Source: Thermoplasmata archaeon
Lineage (GTDB): Archaea; Thermoplasmatota; Thermoplasmata; Halarchaeoplasmatales; Halarchaeoplasmataceae
DNA: 64,000 bases
Reading direction: 5' to 3'
NCBI GenBank assembly: GCA_003552585.1
Contig: PUNK01000035.1
Location: 93 to 64,092 of the forward strand
Shown one piece after another: positions 45,717-55,559 of this stretch; the stretch's first letter is position 1, and each line of letters starts with the position of its first letter. Made by a program: the position numbers and the translations under genes. Below the pieces are notes generated by a model that worked only from the letters and a program-made list of their open reading frames with translations, was not told where the DNA came from and searched no databases.

Positions 45717-47676
45717 GCTTTACGAAAGACTTTGTCGAAGAGTGAATCAACTTGTAGGTGTCGATAGGGAGACGCTGGAATCTCGAAGGGAGGAGAAGAG
45801 AGATAAATTTTTAGAAAGTAAGGATGATCTGAGAAGGGCAGAGGTGAGTTTGAGAGAAGCATCGATATTAGATGGGAAGGGATCCAAAGAGTACAAAGAA
45901 GCTTCAAGTGAAGTCGAAAGAAAAAAGAAAATTTTGAAGAGGGCGAAGGAGTCATATACCCAGGAACGATTCGAGAAAACAGTATATTTTACTGGTATGG
46001 ACCTTGTGCAGGAGGAGGTTTTAAATTTTGCCGTAGTAGTCTTTTTAACTACCTTTTTCGCACTTCTTACAGGTATATATGTCTATCATATCTATCGTCC
46101 TATGAGTATTGTAGAACTTACTATGTACGTGATCCCCACCCTCCTCATCATCCCTTTACTTTCATTGTTATTTACCGCCAATTATCCGGAAATACTTGAG
46201 AAACGATTACAGGCAGAGTCAATAGGTAAAGCTCCTGAGAGTATCAATTATATGACCATGTCTATGAGGGTAAAACCTTCACTATTTCAAGCCCTGAAAT
46301 TCGCTTCTGAAAATGCTGAGGAGCCCATGGCCAGCGGATTAAAAAAGGTACTTTGGGAGGTATACACACGAAAGAGGTCTAGCATAGAAGAGTCCTTCAT
46401 GGCCTTCGCTCTCGAATGGGGTGAATGGAACGATGACCTAAAAAGATCTTTATTCTCTATTCGCTCAGCCGTGCTCGAAAAAACAAAAGAGGGCCTGGAA
46501 GGTTCGTTAGAACGGGCTAACGATATCATAATCGATGGAACCAAACAACAGGTAAAAGAATTTTCAGACTCTTTGAGCATGCCCACCACCGTTCTTTTTG
46601 CGATAGGTATAATCCTTCCCATAATGATCGGGGCCTTACTCCCAATGATGAGTATAAGCGACCTGGACATGATGCAGGAACAAACTACGAGCGGAGTCGG
46701 TATCTTTCAGATGGTTTTGATGATGAACATCGTCACCCCCATCGCTGCATTCATGTATTCCTACTATATACTATCAAAACGCCCAGGCACCGTTTCACTG
46801 CCACGCGTCGACCTTAGAGAGGATAAAACATCGGCTTTCATCGCTTTCATCATATTCGTTATTCTCTTTTTTGTATTTTATATATCTAGGGGATCTTTAT
46901 CTTATTTGATGCCACTACCTCTATTGTGGCCCCCCGTCTTTTCCCTTTCCTTTTACTTGTTGGTCACATCCTCAAAACCACGTCAGACTAGGAGGGAATT
47001 TATAAAGATGGAGAAGGAATTTCCAGATACTCTTTTTCAACTGGGCAGCCGCTTGGCTGAAGGTGCCCCTGTAGAAACCGCTCTCACATCGGTTTCCAAA
47101 AGTATGGAGGGAGCCAAGATAGCTGAGTTATTTACAAGGATATCTAACACGTGTAGGCTGCATCAGATGTCTATGGAAACCGTACTTTTCGGTAAAGAGG
47201 GTATGCTGAATGAACACCCTTCAAGTATGATAAGAGCCAGTATGAAAGCGGTAGTATCATTATCAAAAAAAGTGGCTGGTGAGGCGGGATTAACTGTGAT
47301 GCGGATTTCTAATTACCTTAAAGATATGCAGATGATGGAAGAGGATATGCGATCCGAACTTTACAGCTCGGTACAGATGATGGAAGCTACATCTATGTTC
47401 TTTGCACCTGTGGTCATGGGGGTTGTTACCGGGATGTACCATCTACTGTATGAGATATTCTTGGATATCTCAGGAGCACAATTGATATCGCCCTCGAATT
47501 TTACTGCTGTGATCTCGGTTTACTTATTGACCACCGGTTTTGTCGTAACTTACTTTACAGAGGGGATAAAATCTAGAAATGATCCTATCGAGTTTAGATA
47601 CTCACTAGGAAGGATGCTTCTTGTATGTACCGTACTTTACTCCACTGTCCTCTGGTTATCGGGTCTACTCCTCTGA
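45709..47676 (+). CDS. polytopic membrane platform protein (FlaJ/TadC-like, T2SS-F-like)
   Basis: 655 aa. Alternating cytoplasmic helical domains and TM bundles. Start overlaps the ATPase stop by 8 nt. Confidence 0.55.
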   Translation: MSRLYERLCRRVNQLVGVDRETLESRREEKRDKFLESKDDLRRAEVSLREASILDGKGSKEYKEASSEVERKKKILKRAKESYTQERFEKTVYFTGMDLVQEEVLNFAVVVFLTTFFALLTGIYVYHIYRPMSIVELTMYVIPTLLIIPLLSLLFTANYPEILEKRLQAESIGKAPESINYMTMSMRVKPSLFQALKFASENAEEPMASGLKKVLWEVYTRKRSSIEESFMAFALEWGEWNDDLKRSLFSIRSAVLEKTKEGLEGSLERANDIIIDGTKQQVKEFSDSLSMPTTVLFAIGIILPIMIGALLPMMSISDLDMMQEQTTSGVGIFQMVLMMNIVTPIAAFMYSYYILSKRPGTVSLPRVDLREDKTSAFIAFIIFVILFFVFYISRGSLSYLMPLPLLWPPVFSLSFYLLVTSSKPRQTRREFIKMEKEFPDTLFQLGSRLAEGAPVETALTSVSKSMEGAKIAELFTRISNTCRLHQMSMETVLFGKEGMLNEHPSSMIRASMKAVVSLSKKVAGEAGLTVMRISNYLKDMQMMEEDMRSELYSSVQMMEATSMFFAPVVMGVVTGMYHLLYEIFLDISGAQLISPSNFTAVISVYLLTTGFVVTYFTEGIKSRNDPIEFRYSLGRMLLVCTVLYSTVLWLSGLLL

Positions 47677-48201
47677 AATATTTCTTACGTGATCTATCCC
47701 TCTTTTTAAAGCACGCATGTTAAGATCTACAAACCTTGGTGGAACGGTATCCTTTACAGATTCCTCCAGCGCCTTTTCAGGGACGAGTCCAGCGGCTTCG
47801 TTGAAAGCCCCTATCATGACTATATTTGCAACGATGGTGTTACCCAACTCTTCGGCTATGTTTTTTGCTGGGACCTTTATCGCCTCTTCATAGTCTACAT
47901 AGGGGACCGTGTCCGGATCGATAACTACTACCGCATCATCGCTGAGGTCGTTGCTGTATTTGTCGAAGGCAGCCTGGGACATGACCATCATGTACTGGGT
48001 TTCAGGAAGTCCGCTGTAACCGATCTCTCTATCTGATATGATCACCTCTGAACGGGCTGCACCTCCTCTTGCCTCTGGCCCATAACTCTGTGCCTGGATC
48101 GCTTCGTAATCGTGGAAAACACTGGCAGCCTTTCCGAGGATATAGCCTGCGGTCATGATCCCTTGTCCCCCACTCCCGCACAAGCGTATATTTTTTCTCA
48201 T
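47665..48201 (-). CDS. korG: 2-oxoacid:ferredoxin oxidoreductase gamma subunit
   Basis: N-terminus IRLCGSGGQGIMTAGYILG typical of Por/Kor gamma. Confidence 0.8.
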   Translation of the reverse strand: MRKNIRLCGSGGQGIMTAGYILGKAASVFHDYEAIQAQSYGPEARGGAARSEVIISDREIGYSGLPETQYMMVMSQAAFDKYSNDLSDDAVVVIDPDTVPYVDYEEAIKVPAKNIAEELGNTIVANIVMIGAFNEAAGLVPEKALEESVKDTVPPRFVDLNMRALKRGIDHVRNISEE

Positions 48202-49061
48202 TCTTCCAACTCCTTCAAAAGTCTGTAATATCTTTCCTCTAGTGGTTCACGCTCCTCTTCATGAAGGACTCCGATCTTTATCATCTTGTCTGCCCTTTCT
48301 TTTTCCTCTTCAGAACCGAACTTCTGGATCTTTTCATAATCCTCTACAAGTATGGTGTTCTTCTCGTAGAATTCCCACAGATCCTGTAGCTGCCTGTACC
48401 TATTCCGCCGTCCGTAGGCTGTTGGACATGGTGAAAGTAGCTCGATCAGTGAAAAACCATTGTTTTCTAAGCCCTCGCTTATAGAGCTGATCGGTTGATG
48501 CGGTCTGAACACGGGCCACTTTGCAACGTAGCTGGCACCCGATGAGATAGCCATCTTGCTTATATCGAATGGTGGTTCTATGTTGCCGTAAGGTGCTGTT
48601 GTTGCCTTATCCTTCTCAGGAGTAGTTGGGGCAACCTGCCCGCCGGTCATACCGTAAATAAAATTGTTGACGACGATAACTGTCATGTTGAGATTTCTCC
48701 TGGCAGCGTGGATGAAATGGTTTCCACCAATACCTATACAGTCACCGTCGCCTGTGAAAACGATCACATTGAGGTCGGGTTCACTCATCTTCACTCCTGT
48801 GGCGAATGCCAGGGCACGTCCGTGTGTAGTATGTAGTGCATCCGCTTCTATGTAACCTGGTATCCTTGACGAACAACCGATACCGGAAAGGAAAACGGTT
48901 CTATCCATATCAAGTCCCACTCTATCTACGGCTCTGAGGGTGTAATCTATCACGTTACCTAGACCACAGCCGTCGCAGAAAATATGCGGCATCATATCCT
49001 TCCGTAGATATTTTTCTTGTAATTCCTTTCCACTGATCATCTTTTTATTATCATTGGCCAT
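48198..49061 (-). CDS. korB: 2-oxoacid:ferredoxin oxidoreductase beta subunit (TPP-binding)
   Basis: TPP motif GDGDCIGIGGNHFIHAARRNLNMTVIVVNNFIYGMTGGQ. Confidence 0.85.
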   Translation of the reverse strand: MANDNKKMISGKELQEKYLRKDMMPHIFCDGCGLGNVIDYTLRAVDRVGLDMDRTVFLSGIGCSSRIPGYIEADALHTTHGRALAFATGVKMSEPDLNVIVFTGDGDCIGIGGNHFIHAARRNLNMTVIVVNNFIYGMTGGQVAPTTPEKDKATTAPYGNIEPPFDISKMAISSGASYVAKWPVFRPHQPISSISEGLENNGFSLIELLSPCPTAYGRRNRYRQLQDLWEFYEKNTILVEDYEKIQKFGSEEEKERADKMIKIGVLHEEEREPLEERYYRLLKELEE

Positions 49062-49065
49062 CCTA

Positions 49066-50214
49066 TCACACCTCCTTCAGTATCTCATCCGGTGTATGCA
49101 CTTCGCCCCCGATCTTACTAGAAAGGACGACTTCACAGTCTGCGAACTCTTTTACCTTGTGATACAACTGTCCGGTATTCATCTCCACCACTACTATTTT
49201 ATCGACTTTTTTGGACAATTCTTTTACCGGGTCATTTGGGAAAGGCCACAGTGTTTTAAGCCTAAGGTATCCGATCTTTTTACCTTGATCTCGCCCTTTC
49301 GACATCGCTCCCAGGGCACTGCGGCTTGCTAGCCCATAGGAAAGAAGAACCACATCAGCGTCTTCGATGTTCCTCTCTTCAATATCTGTCAGCTCTTCCC
49401 GGTCATCAGTGATCTTTTCTATCTGTCTTCTCACGAGTCTATCGTGGTCCTCCTGGTCATCTGTAGCCGGAAAACCGTACTCATTGTGTGTAAGCCCTGT
49501 GACATAAGTGTGATATCCTGTACCGAAGGCAGCGAATTCGGGTACTTTTATATTCCCGTAATTCCCTTCGCCGAAAGGTACGTATTCTTCGGGTGGAACA
49601 TCAGGTTTCTTCCTTTCAAAAAGTTCGATTTCATCTGGGATGACAACTTTCTCTCTCATGTGTCCTATATCGGCACTGATCATCACGAACACCGGGCTCC
49701 TGTACTTTTCAGACAGGTTGAAAGCCTTGATCGTCAAATCGACCGTTTCTTGTATGGTATTCGGTGATAGTGCTATTGCCTGGTAGTCACCATGACTGCC
49801 GTACCTTGACTGCATGACGTCTCCTTCCGCTCCAAGAGTGGGTTGACCCGTGGAAGGGCCGGACCTTTGGACGTTTGCGAGTACGAGAGGAGTTTCAGTC
49901 ATGTAGGCAAAACCAATATTTTCCTGCATAAGCGAAAAACCTGGTCCGCTCGTGGCTGTCATAGCCTTTGCCCCTGTCCAGGAGGCTCCGATGACGGCAG
50001 CGATACTGGCCAATTCGTCTTCCATCTGTATATTCACTCCACCCACTTTAGGTATCAAGCTGGCCATCATCTCGGCGATCTCAGATGCAGGAGTGATCGG
50101 GTATCCTCCGTAGAAATTGCAACCCGCAAGAAGGGCACCGTAACAGACGGCGGTATCCCCGTGTATGAACTGCTTCTTTGGACCAAGAACTTTTTTTACC
50201 TTCTCAAGATTCAT
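49066..50214 (-). CDS. korA: 2-oxoacid:ferredoxin oxidoreductase alpha subunit
   Basis: GDTAVCYGALLAGCNFYGGYPITPASEI N-terminal core. Confidence 0.85.
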   Translation of the reverse strand: MNLEKVKKVLGPKKQFIHGDTAVCYGALLAGCNFYGGYPITPASEIAEMMASLIPKVGGVNIQMEDELASIAAVIGASWTGAKAMTATSGPGFSLMQENIGFAYMTETPLVLANVQRSGPSTGQPTLGAEGDVMQSRYGSHGDYQAIALSPNTIQETVDLTIKAFNLSEKYRSPVFVMISADIGHMREKVVIPDEIELFERKKPDVPPEEYVPFGEGNYGNIKVPEFAAFGTGYHTYVTGLTHNEYGFPATDDQEDHDRLVRRQIEKITDDREELTDIEERNIEDADVVLLSYGLASRSALGAMSKGRDQGKKIGYLRLKTLWPFPNDPVKELSKKVDKIVVVEMNTGQLYHKVKEFADCEVVLSSKIGGEVHTPDEILKEV

Positions 50215-50495
50215 GATCTGCCCCCAGCCTTTTTCTTTCTATCCACACCACAGCAGAGGAGTACCTTTTCCTTTTTAGAGGATTTTTTCTCCTCTTCCTC
50301 CTCGACTATGATGGCAAAATCAGGACATATCATCTCGCACAATCTACAACCGGTACACTTATCTTCGATCTCGATGGGTTCGTAGATGCCTCTCTCGTTG
50401 AGCTCTTCAGCCCTTTCCAGAGCATCGACGGGGCAGAAGCGTATGCACAGCCCACATCCCTTGCAGTATTCTTTGTTTACTTCTATCATTTTCAA
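50211..50495 (-). CDS. korD: 2-oxoacid:ferredoxin oxidoreductase delta subunit (2x[4Fe-4S] ferredoxin) with charged Cys-containing C-terminal tail
   Basis: CKGCGLCIRFCP and CTGCRLCEMICP. Tail EEEEEKKSSKKEKVLLCCGV. Confidence 0.75.
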   Translation of the reverse strand: MKMIEVNKEYCKGCGLCIRFCPVDALERAEELNERGIYEPIEIEDKCTGCRLCEMICPDFAIIVEEEEEKKSSKKEKVLLCCGVDRKKKAGGRS

Positions 50496-50501
50496 TCCAC
50501 C

Positions 50502-52157
50502 TTATAGGGTGACGCTAATGTCTAGATGCCTTTCCAATACCTTTTTACCTCTGTATTCTGGCAGCAACCTCGGCGAAGTGTCTTTAGTATCTATACCGGC
50601 CTTTTCGAGGTCTTCTGTATGTTTATCGATGTGTTCGAGGCTCAATTTTGCAGGTGAACCGGCTTTCTGAGCCCGTTTCGCGGCGGCCATACCCGCTCGT
50701 CTTCCGAAAACGTTGAAATCCAGTAATGAATTACCCATCAGACGGTTCTTACCGTGGATCCCACCTGAAACTTCACCACTAGCGAATAAACCTTTAACAG
50801 GAGTAGATCCGTCGGGATTTATCACAAGACCTCCATTCTGGTAGTGGAGCGTTGGGAAAACAAGTATCGGGTCCTTTGTCATGTCTATACCGAACCTCTT
50901 GTATTGTCTGACCATGGCCGGAAGCCTGTCTTCTATAGTTCCTTCGCCTTCCAACTCGTCTATCAGAGGCGAGTCAAGCCATACTCCTTTCATACCTGTA
51001 GGAGTCGTGACCCCTTTTTCTCTTCCATAGCACTCTCGGATTATCGCGGCGGCTTCAACATCCCTCGGTTCAAGAGGGTTGACGAACATCTCACCGTCAA
51101 CATTCACCGGTTGAGCGCCCAGACTTCTTACTTTCTCCGTGACTAGGAGACCTACGACTTGATCAGGATGTGCAGCGCCTGTCGGGTGATACTGTACACT
51201 GTCCATATCTCTTAGAGGTACGCCCGCCCGATAACCCATGACAAGACCATCAGCTGTCGCACCGTAATGGTTCGTGGTCGGATAGGATTGTATGTGAAGT
51301 CTGCCGAATCCACCTGTGGCCATGATGGTGGATTTTGCTCGAACGACATAATATTCGTTCGTTTCGAGGTTCATCAGCAATGCTCCTGTCACTTCTCCGT
51401 TTCCATCTGTAAGTAGTTCGACTGCCGGAGCGAATTCTAAGACCGGTATATCTTTGTTCCTGAATTCGTCTCTTAGTACCCTCATTATCTCCATACCGGT
51501 ATAATCGCCCGCCGAGTGAAGTCGGTATCTTGATGTCCCTCCTCCCGGAAGTTCAACGAAATCGCCGTCTTTATCCCTATCGTACATCACACCGAGTTCT
51601 TCATGCCACTTCATTATCTTAGGCGCATCCTCGGTGAGCGCTTTCAATAAAGCCTCGTCATTAGTGAAGTGCCCTCCTCCTATGGCATCTAGGTAATGTT
51701 GTATAGGCGAATCGATCTCTTTATCAGCAGCCTGTATGCCTCCCTGGGCCATCATGCTGTTCGAGTCTCCGTGCCTCAGCTTCGTGGCCAAAAGGATATT
51801 TTCGGGAGAGATTCCCTCTTTGACGGCCCATAGAGCGGCTACGGTACCGGCTCCGCCACCGCCGATTATCAATATATCGACATCGTGATCTATCTGTGAC
51901 AAGTCCACCTCATCCGGATCTATCAGGCTTGGTGAATGGAGCAGTTGAGCTAATTCGACAGGGGCCTTTTCACCCTTGCTGGGACCAACGACCAGTTCTT
52001 TTTTACCTTCTTCCCTGTAATCCGGATGGAACCTGTTGAGGACCTCTTCAGATTCTTCCGCACCCATCCTTTCGAAGGTCTTTCCAACCCTTTCAGACCG
52101 GGTTTTTTCGACCTTTTCGATGGACTTCCTCATGTGATCTGGGTAACCGTCTTCCAT
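50502..52157 (-). CDS. fumarate reductase/succinate dehydrogenase flavoprotein subunit (TfrA/SdhA-like) with ~90-aa N-terminal extension
   Basis: FAD motif IIGGGGAGTVAAL. RHGDSNSMMAQGG (covalent-FAD His region). Catalytic region HYTMGG-like. Confidence 0.8.
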   Translation of the reverse strand: MEDGYPDHMRKSIEKVEKTRSERVGKTFERMGAEESEEVLNRFHPDYREEGKKELVVGPSKGEKAPVELAQLLHSPSLIDPDEVDLSQIDHDVDILIIGGGGAGTVAALWAVKEGISPENILLATKLRHGDSNSMMAQGGIQAADKEIDSPIQHYLDAIGGGHFTNDEALLKALTEDAPKIMKWHEELGVMYDRDKDGDFVELPGGGTSRYRLHSAGDYTGMEIMRVLRDEFRNKDIPVLEFAPAVELLTDGNGEVTGALLMNLETNEYYVVRAKSTIMATGGFGRLHIQSYPTTNHYGATADGLVMGYRAGVPLRDMDSVQYHPTGAAHPDQVVGLLVTEKVRSLGAQPVNVDGEMFVNPLEPRDVEAAAIIRECYGREKGVTTPTGMKGVWLDSPLIDELEGEGTIEDRLPAMVRQYKRFGIDMTKDPILVFPTLHYQNGGLVINPDGSTPVKGLFASGEVSGGIHGKNRLMGNSLLDFNVFGRRAGMAAAKRAQKAGSPAKLSLEHIDKHTEDLEKAGIDTKDTSPRLLPEYRGKKVLERHLDISVTL

Positions 52158-52160
52158 CTT

Positions 52161-52862
52161 CTATCCCTCCTCCTCGAACTTACGTTCTTCATAGCACTTT
52201 TTGAGCTCATCTATAGTCATCTTCAACATCTCTTCGTATTCTTCAGTATATATTCCTTCCTCTAGCTCTTTTATCCTTTTCTCAAGCTCACTGCTGTCTA
52301 GATCCAGATATCGTCCTTTTAATCGTCTCGCCAGCTGGGCAAGATGGTAGTGTTTTATATCTGCTGGACATCTGATGGAGCAGAGCCCACAGTGTAAGCA
52401 GTCGAATGAGAGCTTTGCAGTCCTTTCGACGTCGCCGCGTAAAGCAGCTTGGACATAATCCATCACTTCGATGTCTTGAGGACAGGCCTTGCTGCACGTG
52501 TTACAGCTGACACATCTAGCGATCTCGGGATAGAGATCGAGTAACACGTTGTCCTTCTCCCCAGGATCCACGTCTTCTATTTCATATGCTTCCCTGAGGG
52601 CGGGTACGAAGGGTAACTGCACCAGGAACATCCCGTCTTCGACCGCAGTTTGACATGCGAGATCCATCTTGAGCTTATAGTCATCTTCCTTTCTATATAC
52701 GGTGGAACAGGCTCCACAGAAACCTCCTCTGCAGCCGCATCCCCTCACATACTTGTAACCAGCGTATTCGAGTGCAGTCATTATAGTGAGTCCCTCGGGA
52801 ACCCTGTATCTCCTGCCCATGACGTATATGTCTATCATATTTTGTTCTTCTTGATCAGCCAT
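52161..52862 (-). CDS. iron-sulfur subunit (SdhB/FrdB-like: [2Fe-2S] + 2x[4Fe-4S])
   Basis: CGCRGGFCGAC plant-ferredoxin-like cluster, then CVSCNTCSKACP and CLHCGLCSIRCP. Confidence 0.75.
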   Translation of the reverse strand: MADQEEQNMIDIYVMGRRYRVPEGLTIMTALEYAGYKYVRGCGCRGGFCGACSTVYRKEDDYKLKMDLACQTAVEDGMFLVQLPFVPALREAYEIEDVDPGEKDNVLLDLYPEIARCVSCNTCSKACPQDIEVMDYVQAALRGDVERTAKLSFDCLHCGLCSIRCPADIKHYHLAQLARRLKGRYLDLDSSELEKRIKELEEGIYTEEYEEMLKMTIDELKKCYEERKFEEEG

Positions 52863-52867
52863 TCATA

Positions 52868-53722
52868 TCACTCCAAGAAATCTTTAAGCGCACCTCTTGG
52901 GTTTATCTTATGTTTTTTTAGCCCCGCTTCCATACCGAACGACAGCGCCATCAACTCGGTGAGGTATAACACGGGTATTTTATGATCACTAACTCGTTGA
53001 TGATAATCGAGGTTGAACTGACATAACGGACACGAGAGTGCTATTACATCCGCCCCGTCTTCAGCGGCACGTGCCACGATCTCCTCGACCCTATTTTCCA
53101 CGATATCTCCCCTGTTCACTGTATGGTAAGAACCGCAGCACTCGGTCCTTTTGGGATTAACGATGGTATTTGCACCAAGGAGCTCGAGTATGTCCTCCAT
53201 GATCATCGGATCTTCGGTGTTATCTATGGAAACATGGTTCGGCCTTAGCAACATGCATCCGTAATAAGTGACGACGTTCAAACCGTCTAGTGGCTTTTTG
53301 ACCAACTTTTTTATCTCATCCTTCATATCTCTAAAAAGTTCAAAGATGTGATGAACTTCGACCTGACCTTCGTAATCAGGGTCTTCGTCCAAAAATTCAT
53401 TCATCGTTTCCAGTTCATCCGGTTTTTCTTTCATCCTCTTGTTGGCCTGTTTCAGCACGTTGTAGCACATATCACAGAGGGTGACCAGTTCTCTCTCACC
53501 TTGCTCTTGAGCACACAACATGGTCCTCACAGCGGCGATCTGATGCATTATGTCATCTGTTGCCAGGGACTGCACGGCGCCGCAGCAGTACCAGTTATCC
53601 ATTTCAACCAGTGGTTTACCCAATGCTTCCATGACCTTTTTAGAGCTCTCTTCGTAGTCACTGGCCTTGGTTTTTAACGTGCATCCAGGATAATAAAGGT
53701 AGCCATCCTCCATCTGTATCAC
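52868..53722 (-). CDS. HdrB-like protein with two CCG domains (heterodisulfide reductase B / TfrB C-terminal half / SdhC type E-like)
   Basis: YYPGCTL..., WYCCGA and ECCGSYH Cys-rich CCG motifs. Confidence 0.75.
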   Translation of the reverse strand: MIQMEDGYLYYPGCTLKTKASDYEESSKKVMEALGKPLVEMDNWYCCGAVQSLATDDIMHQIAAVRTMLCAQEQGERELVTLCDMCYNVLKQANKRMKEKPDELETMNEFLDEDPDYEGQVEVHHIFELFRDMKDEIKKLVKKPLDGLNVVTYYGCMLLRPNHVSIDNTEDPMIMEDILELLGANTIVNPKRTECCGSYHTVNRGDIVENRVEEIVARAAEDGADVIALSCPLCQFNLDYHQRVSDHKIPVLYLTELMALSFGMEAGLKKHKINPRGALKDFLE

Positions 53723-54105
53723 CCCGTCTCCTTCCTGAAGCAGCCGACTACGGCGAGCTGAGGTAGCTCCTCTATGTTATCTAAACCATCCAGGTCGACC
53801 ATATCTATATCCTCTCTCAGCAAAGTCAATCTGACCGCTTCCATTATCTTAGCGATGTCTATATCTCTTGGACATCTTACGCTGCAGGTAAAACAGGCCG
53901 CACAGATCCACATCGTGTTGTTTTTCATTATCCCCTCTCGATCCCCTAAAACTATCCGCTTGAATATCCTTTCTGGTAATACATCCATCTCTTCAACAAA
54001 AGGACATCCTGCGGAACAGGTACCACAGCGTATACAAGCATTTACCGACTCACCTGACAGCTCTTCCACCTTTTCTAGAAATTCCAGATCCCTTTTCACC
54101 TTCAT
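53719..54105 (-). CDS. HdrC-like 2x[4Fe-4S] ferredoxin subunit
   Basis: CIRCGTCSAGCP and CAACFTCSVRCP; 128 aa. Confidence 0.7.
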   Translation of the reverse strand: MKVKRDLEFLEKVEELSGESVNACIRCGTCSAGCPFVEEMDVLPERIFKRIVLGDREGIMKNNTMWICAACFTCSVRCPRDIDIAKIMEAVRLTLLREDIDMVDLDGLDNIEELPQLAVVGCFRKETG

Positions 54106-55559
54106 GATCTACCACCCAATCCCTGTGAAAAGGTCTTATAGACTTTTTTATCGTTATCGTAAAGGGTCACTTTCATGGGCGTATCCCCCATAGCTGAGTG
54201 GGTAGCACAAGCAAGACACGGATCGTAGGCTCTGAACGCTCTTTCAACACTGTTGAGCATACCTTCTTTTACATCTCCACCGTCAACGTATTTTTTTGCT
54301 GCGTCCCTGACACTCATGTTTATCGCTGCGGCATTGTGAAGAGTAGCTACGATGAGGTTCACCTCTTCTACAAGCCCCTCCTCGTCAAGTGTGTAATCAT
54401 GTATCAGTGTTCCTCGGGCAGCTTCAACTATACCTACACCTTTCCCGGGCTCACCGGGTTCGTTCCTTATATCGTTGTCCTCGATATTATCATCACGGAT
54501 CAGTTCATCTACCAGCTCGGCTGCCTGGAGGATCTCTATCAATCTCGCCCAGTGATAGGAAAGGGTTGAGTGAGCAGGCTTACCGCCCAGTGTTTCGAAC
54601 ATCTCTTCGTATTCTTCCTGAGCCTTGGGCGTCTGCATACCGTCCGCCGCATTCAACCTACCCAAAGTACCTACACGGTAAACTCCTGAATCTTCTCCCT
54701 CTTCAAATCCCTTCCATCCTATATCTTTCAGGTATGGGAATTTCATGTAGCTCCATGGTTCGACGTGCTCTCTTATCACATCCAAGTAATCCGCACCGGA
54801 GAACTCGGCATACTTCTTTCCGTCGGGATCAACGACCCTGACTTTACCATCCTTGTGGCTCACCTTATCATCTTTGACGAGACCCATGCTGTAGAGCTCT
54901 AAACGGTCCTCTTCTATGGGTTTTTTGTACTCCTTGAGTATCTTGTCTTTGAATAGATCGAGTGAAAATTTGGCGAAGTCCACCATCCCTTCGGAGATGT
55001 CCATTATCTCTTCCCTTTCATCAGGAGCTAGGGATCTGCTGACACCACCGGGTATTCCGAACATCGGATGGATAGCTTTGCCACCTAGTGTCGAGATCAC
55101 CCTTTGTCCGTTAGCTCTCTGTCGGATGACCTGCTTACCAACGTCGACTCCCATCTTATTTATGATGCCGATTATATTCCTCTCCTCCTTCGGTGCGTCG
55201 ACACCCATTATGAAATCGGGACTCGCTAGATAATAGAAATGAAGCAGGTGGTCAGCGTAGATATAGCCGTTGTACATCAATTCTCGCAGCTTGTTAGCCG
55301 TCTCAGTGGGTTCAACCCCGTAGGCGTCGTCCAGCGCCTTCGTGGCGGCCATGTGATGAGCCACGGGACACACACCACATATCCTGCTGGTCAGAGAGGG
55401 CATGTCCTCCGCTCTTCTACCCTGACAGAACTTTTCAAATCCTTTGTATTCGGGTACCTGCAGGTAAGCGTTCTTAACGTTCTTTTGTCCGTCCAAAAAT
55501 ATGTCTATCTTGCCGTGTCCTTCAAGTCTTGTTATCGGATCTATCGATATCTTATCCAT
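54102..55559 (-). CDS. mvhA: [NiFe] hydrogenase large subunit (F420-non-reducing hydrogenase MvhA-like)
   Basis: N-terminal RICGVC Ni-binding motif and C-terminal DPCLACATH motif, followed by a ~30-aa maturation tail. Confidence 0.85.
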   Translation of the reverse strand: MDKISIDPITRLEGHGKIDIFLDGQKNVKNAYLQVPEYKGFEKFCQGRRAEDMPSLTSRICGVCPVAHHMAATKALDDAYGVEPTETANKLRELMYNGYIYADHLLHFYYLASPDFIMGVDAPKEERNIIGIINKMGVDVGKQVIRQRANGQRVISTLGGKAIHPMFGIPGGVSRSLAPDEREEIMDISEGMVDFAKFSLDLFKDKILKEYKKPIEEDRLELYSMGLVKDDKVSHKDGKVRVVDPDGKKYAEFSGADYLDVIREHVEPWSYMKFPYLKDIGWKGFEEGEDSGVYRVGTLGRLNAADGMQTPKAQEEYEEMFETLGGKPAHSTLSYHWARLIEILQAAELVDELIRDDNIEDNDIRNEPGEPGKGVGIVEAARGTLIHDYTLDEEGLVEEVNLIVATLHNAAAINMSVRDAAKKYVDGGDVKEGMLNSVERAFRAYDPCLACATHSAMGDTPMKVTLYDNDKKVYKTFSQGLGGRS

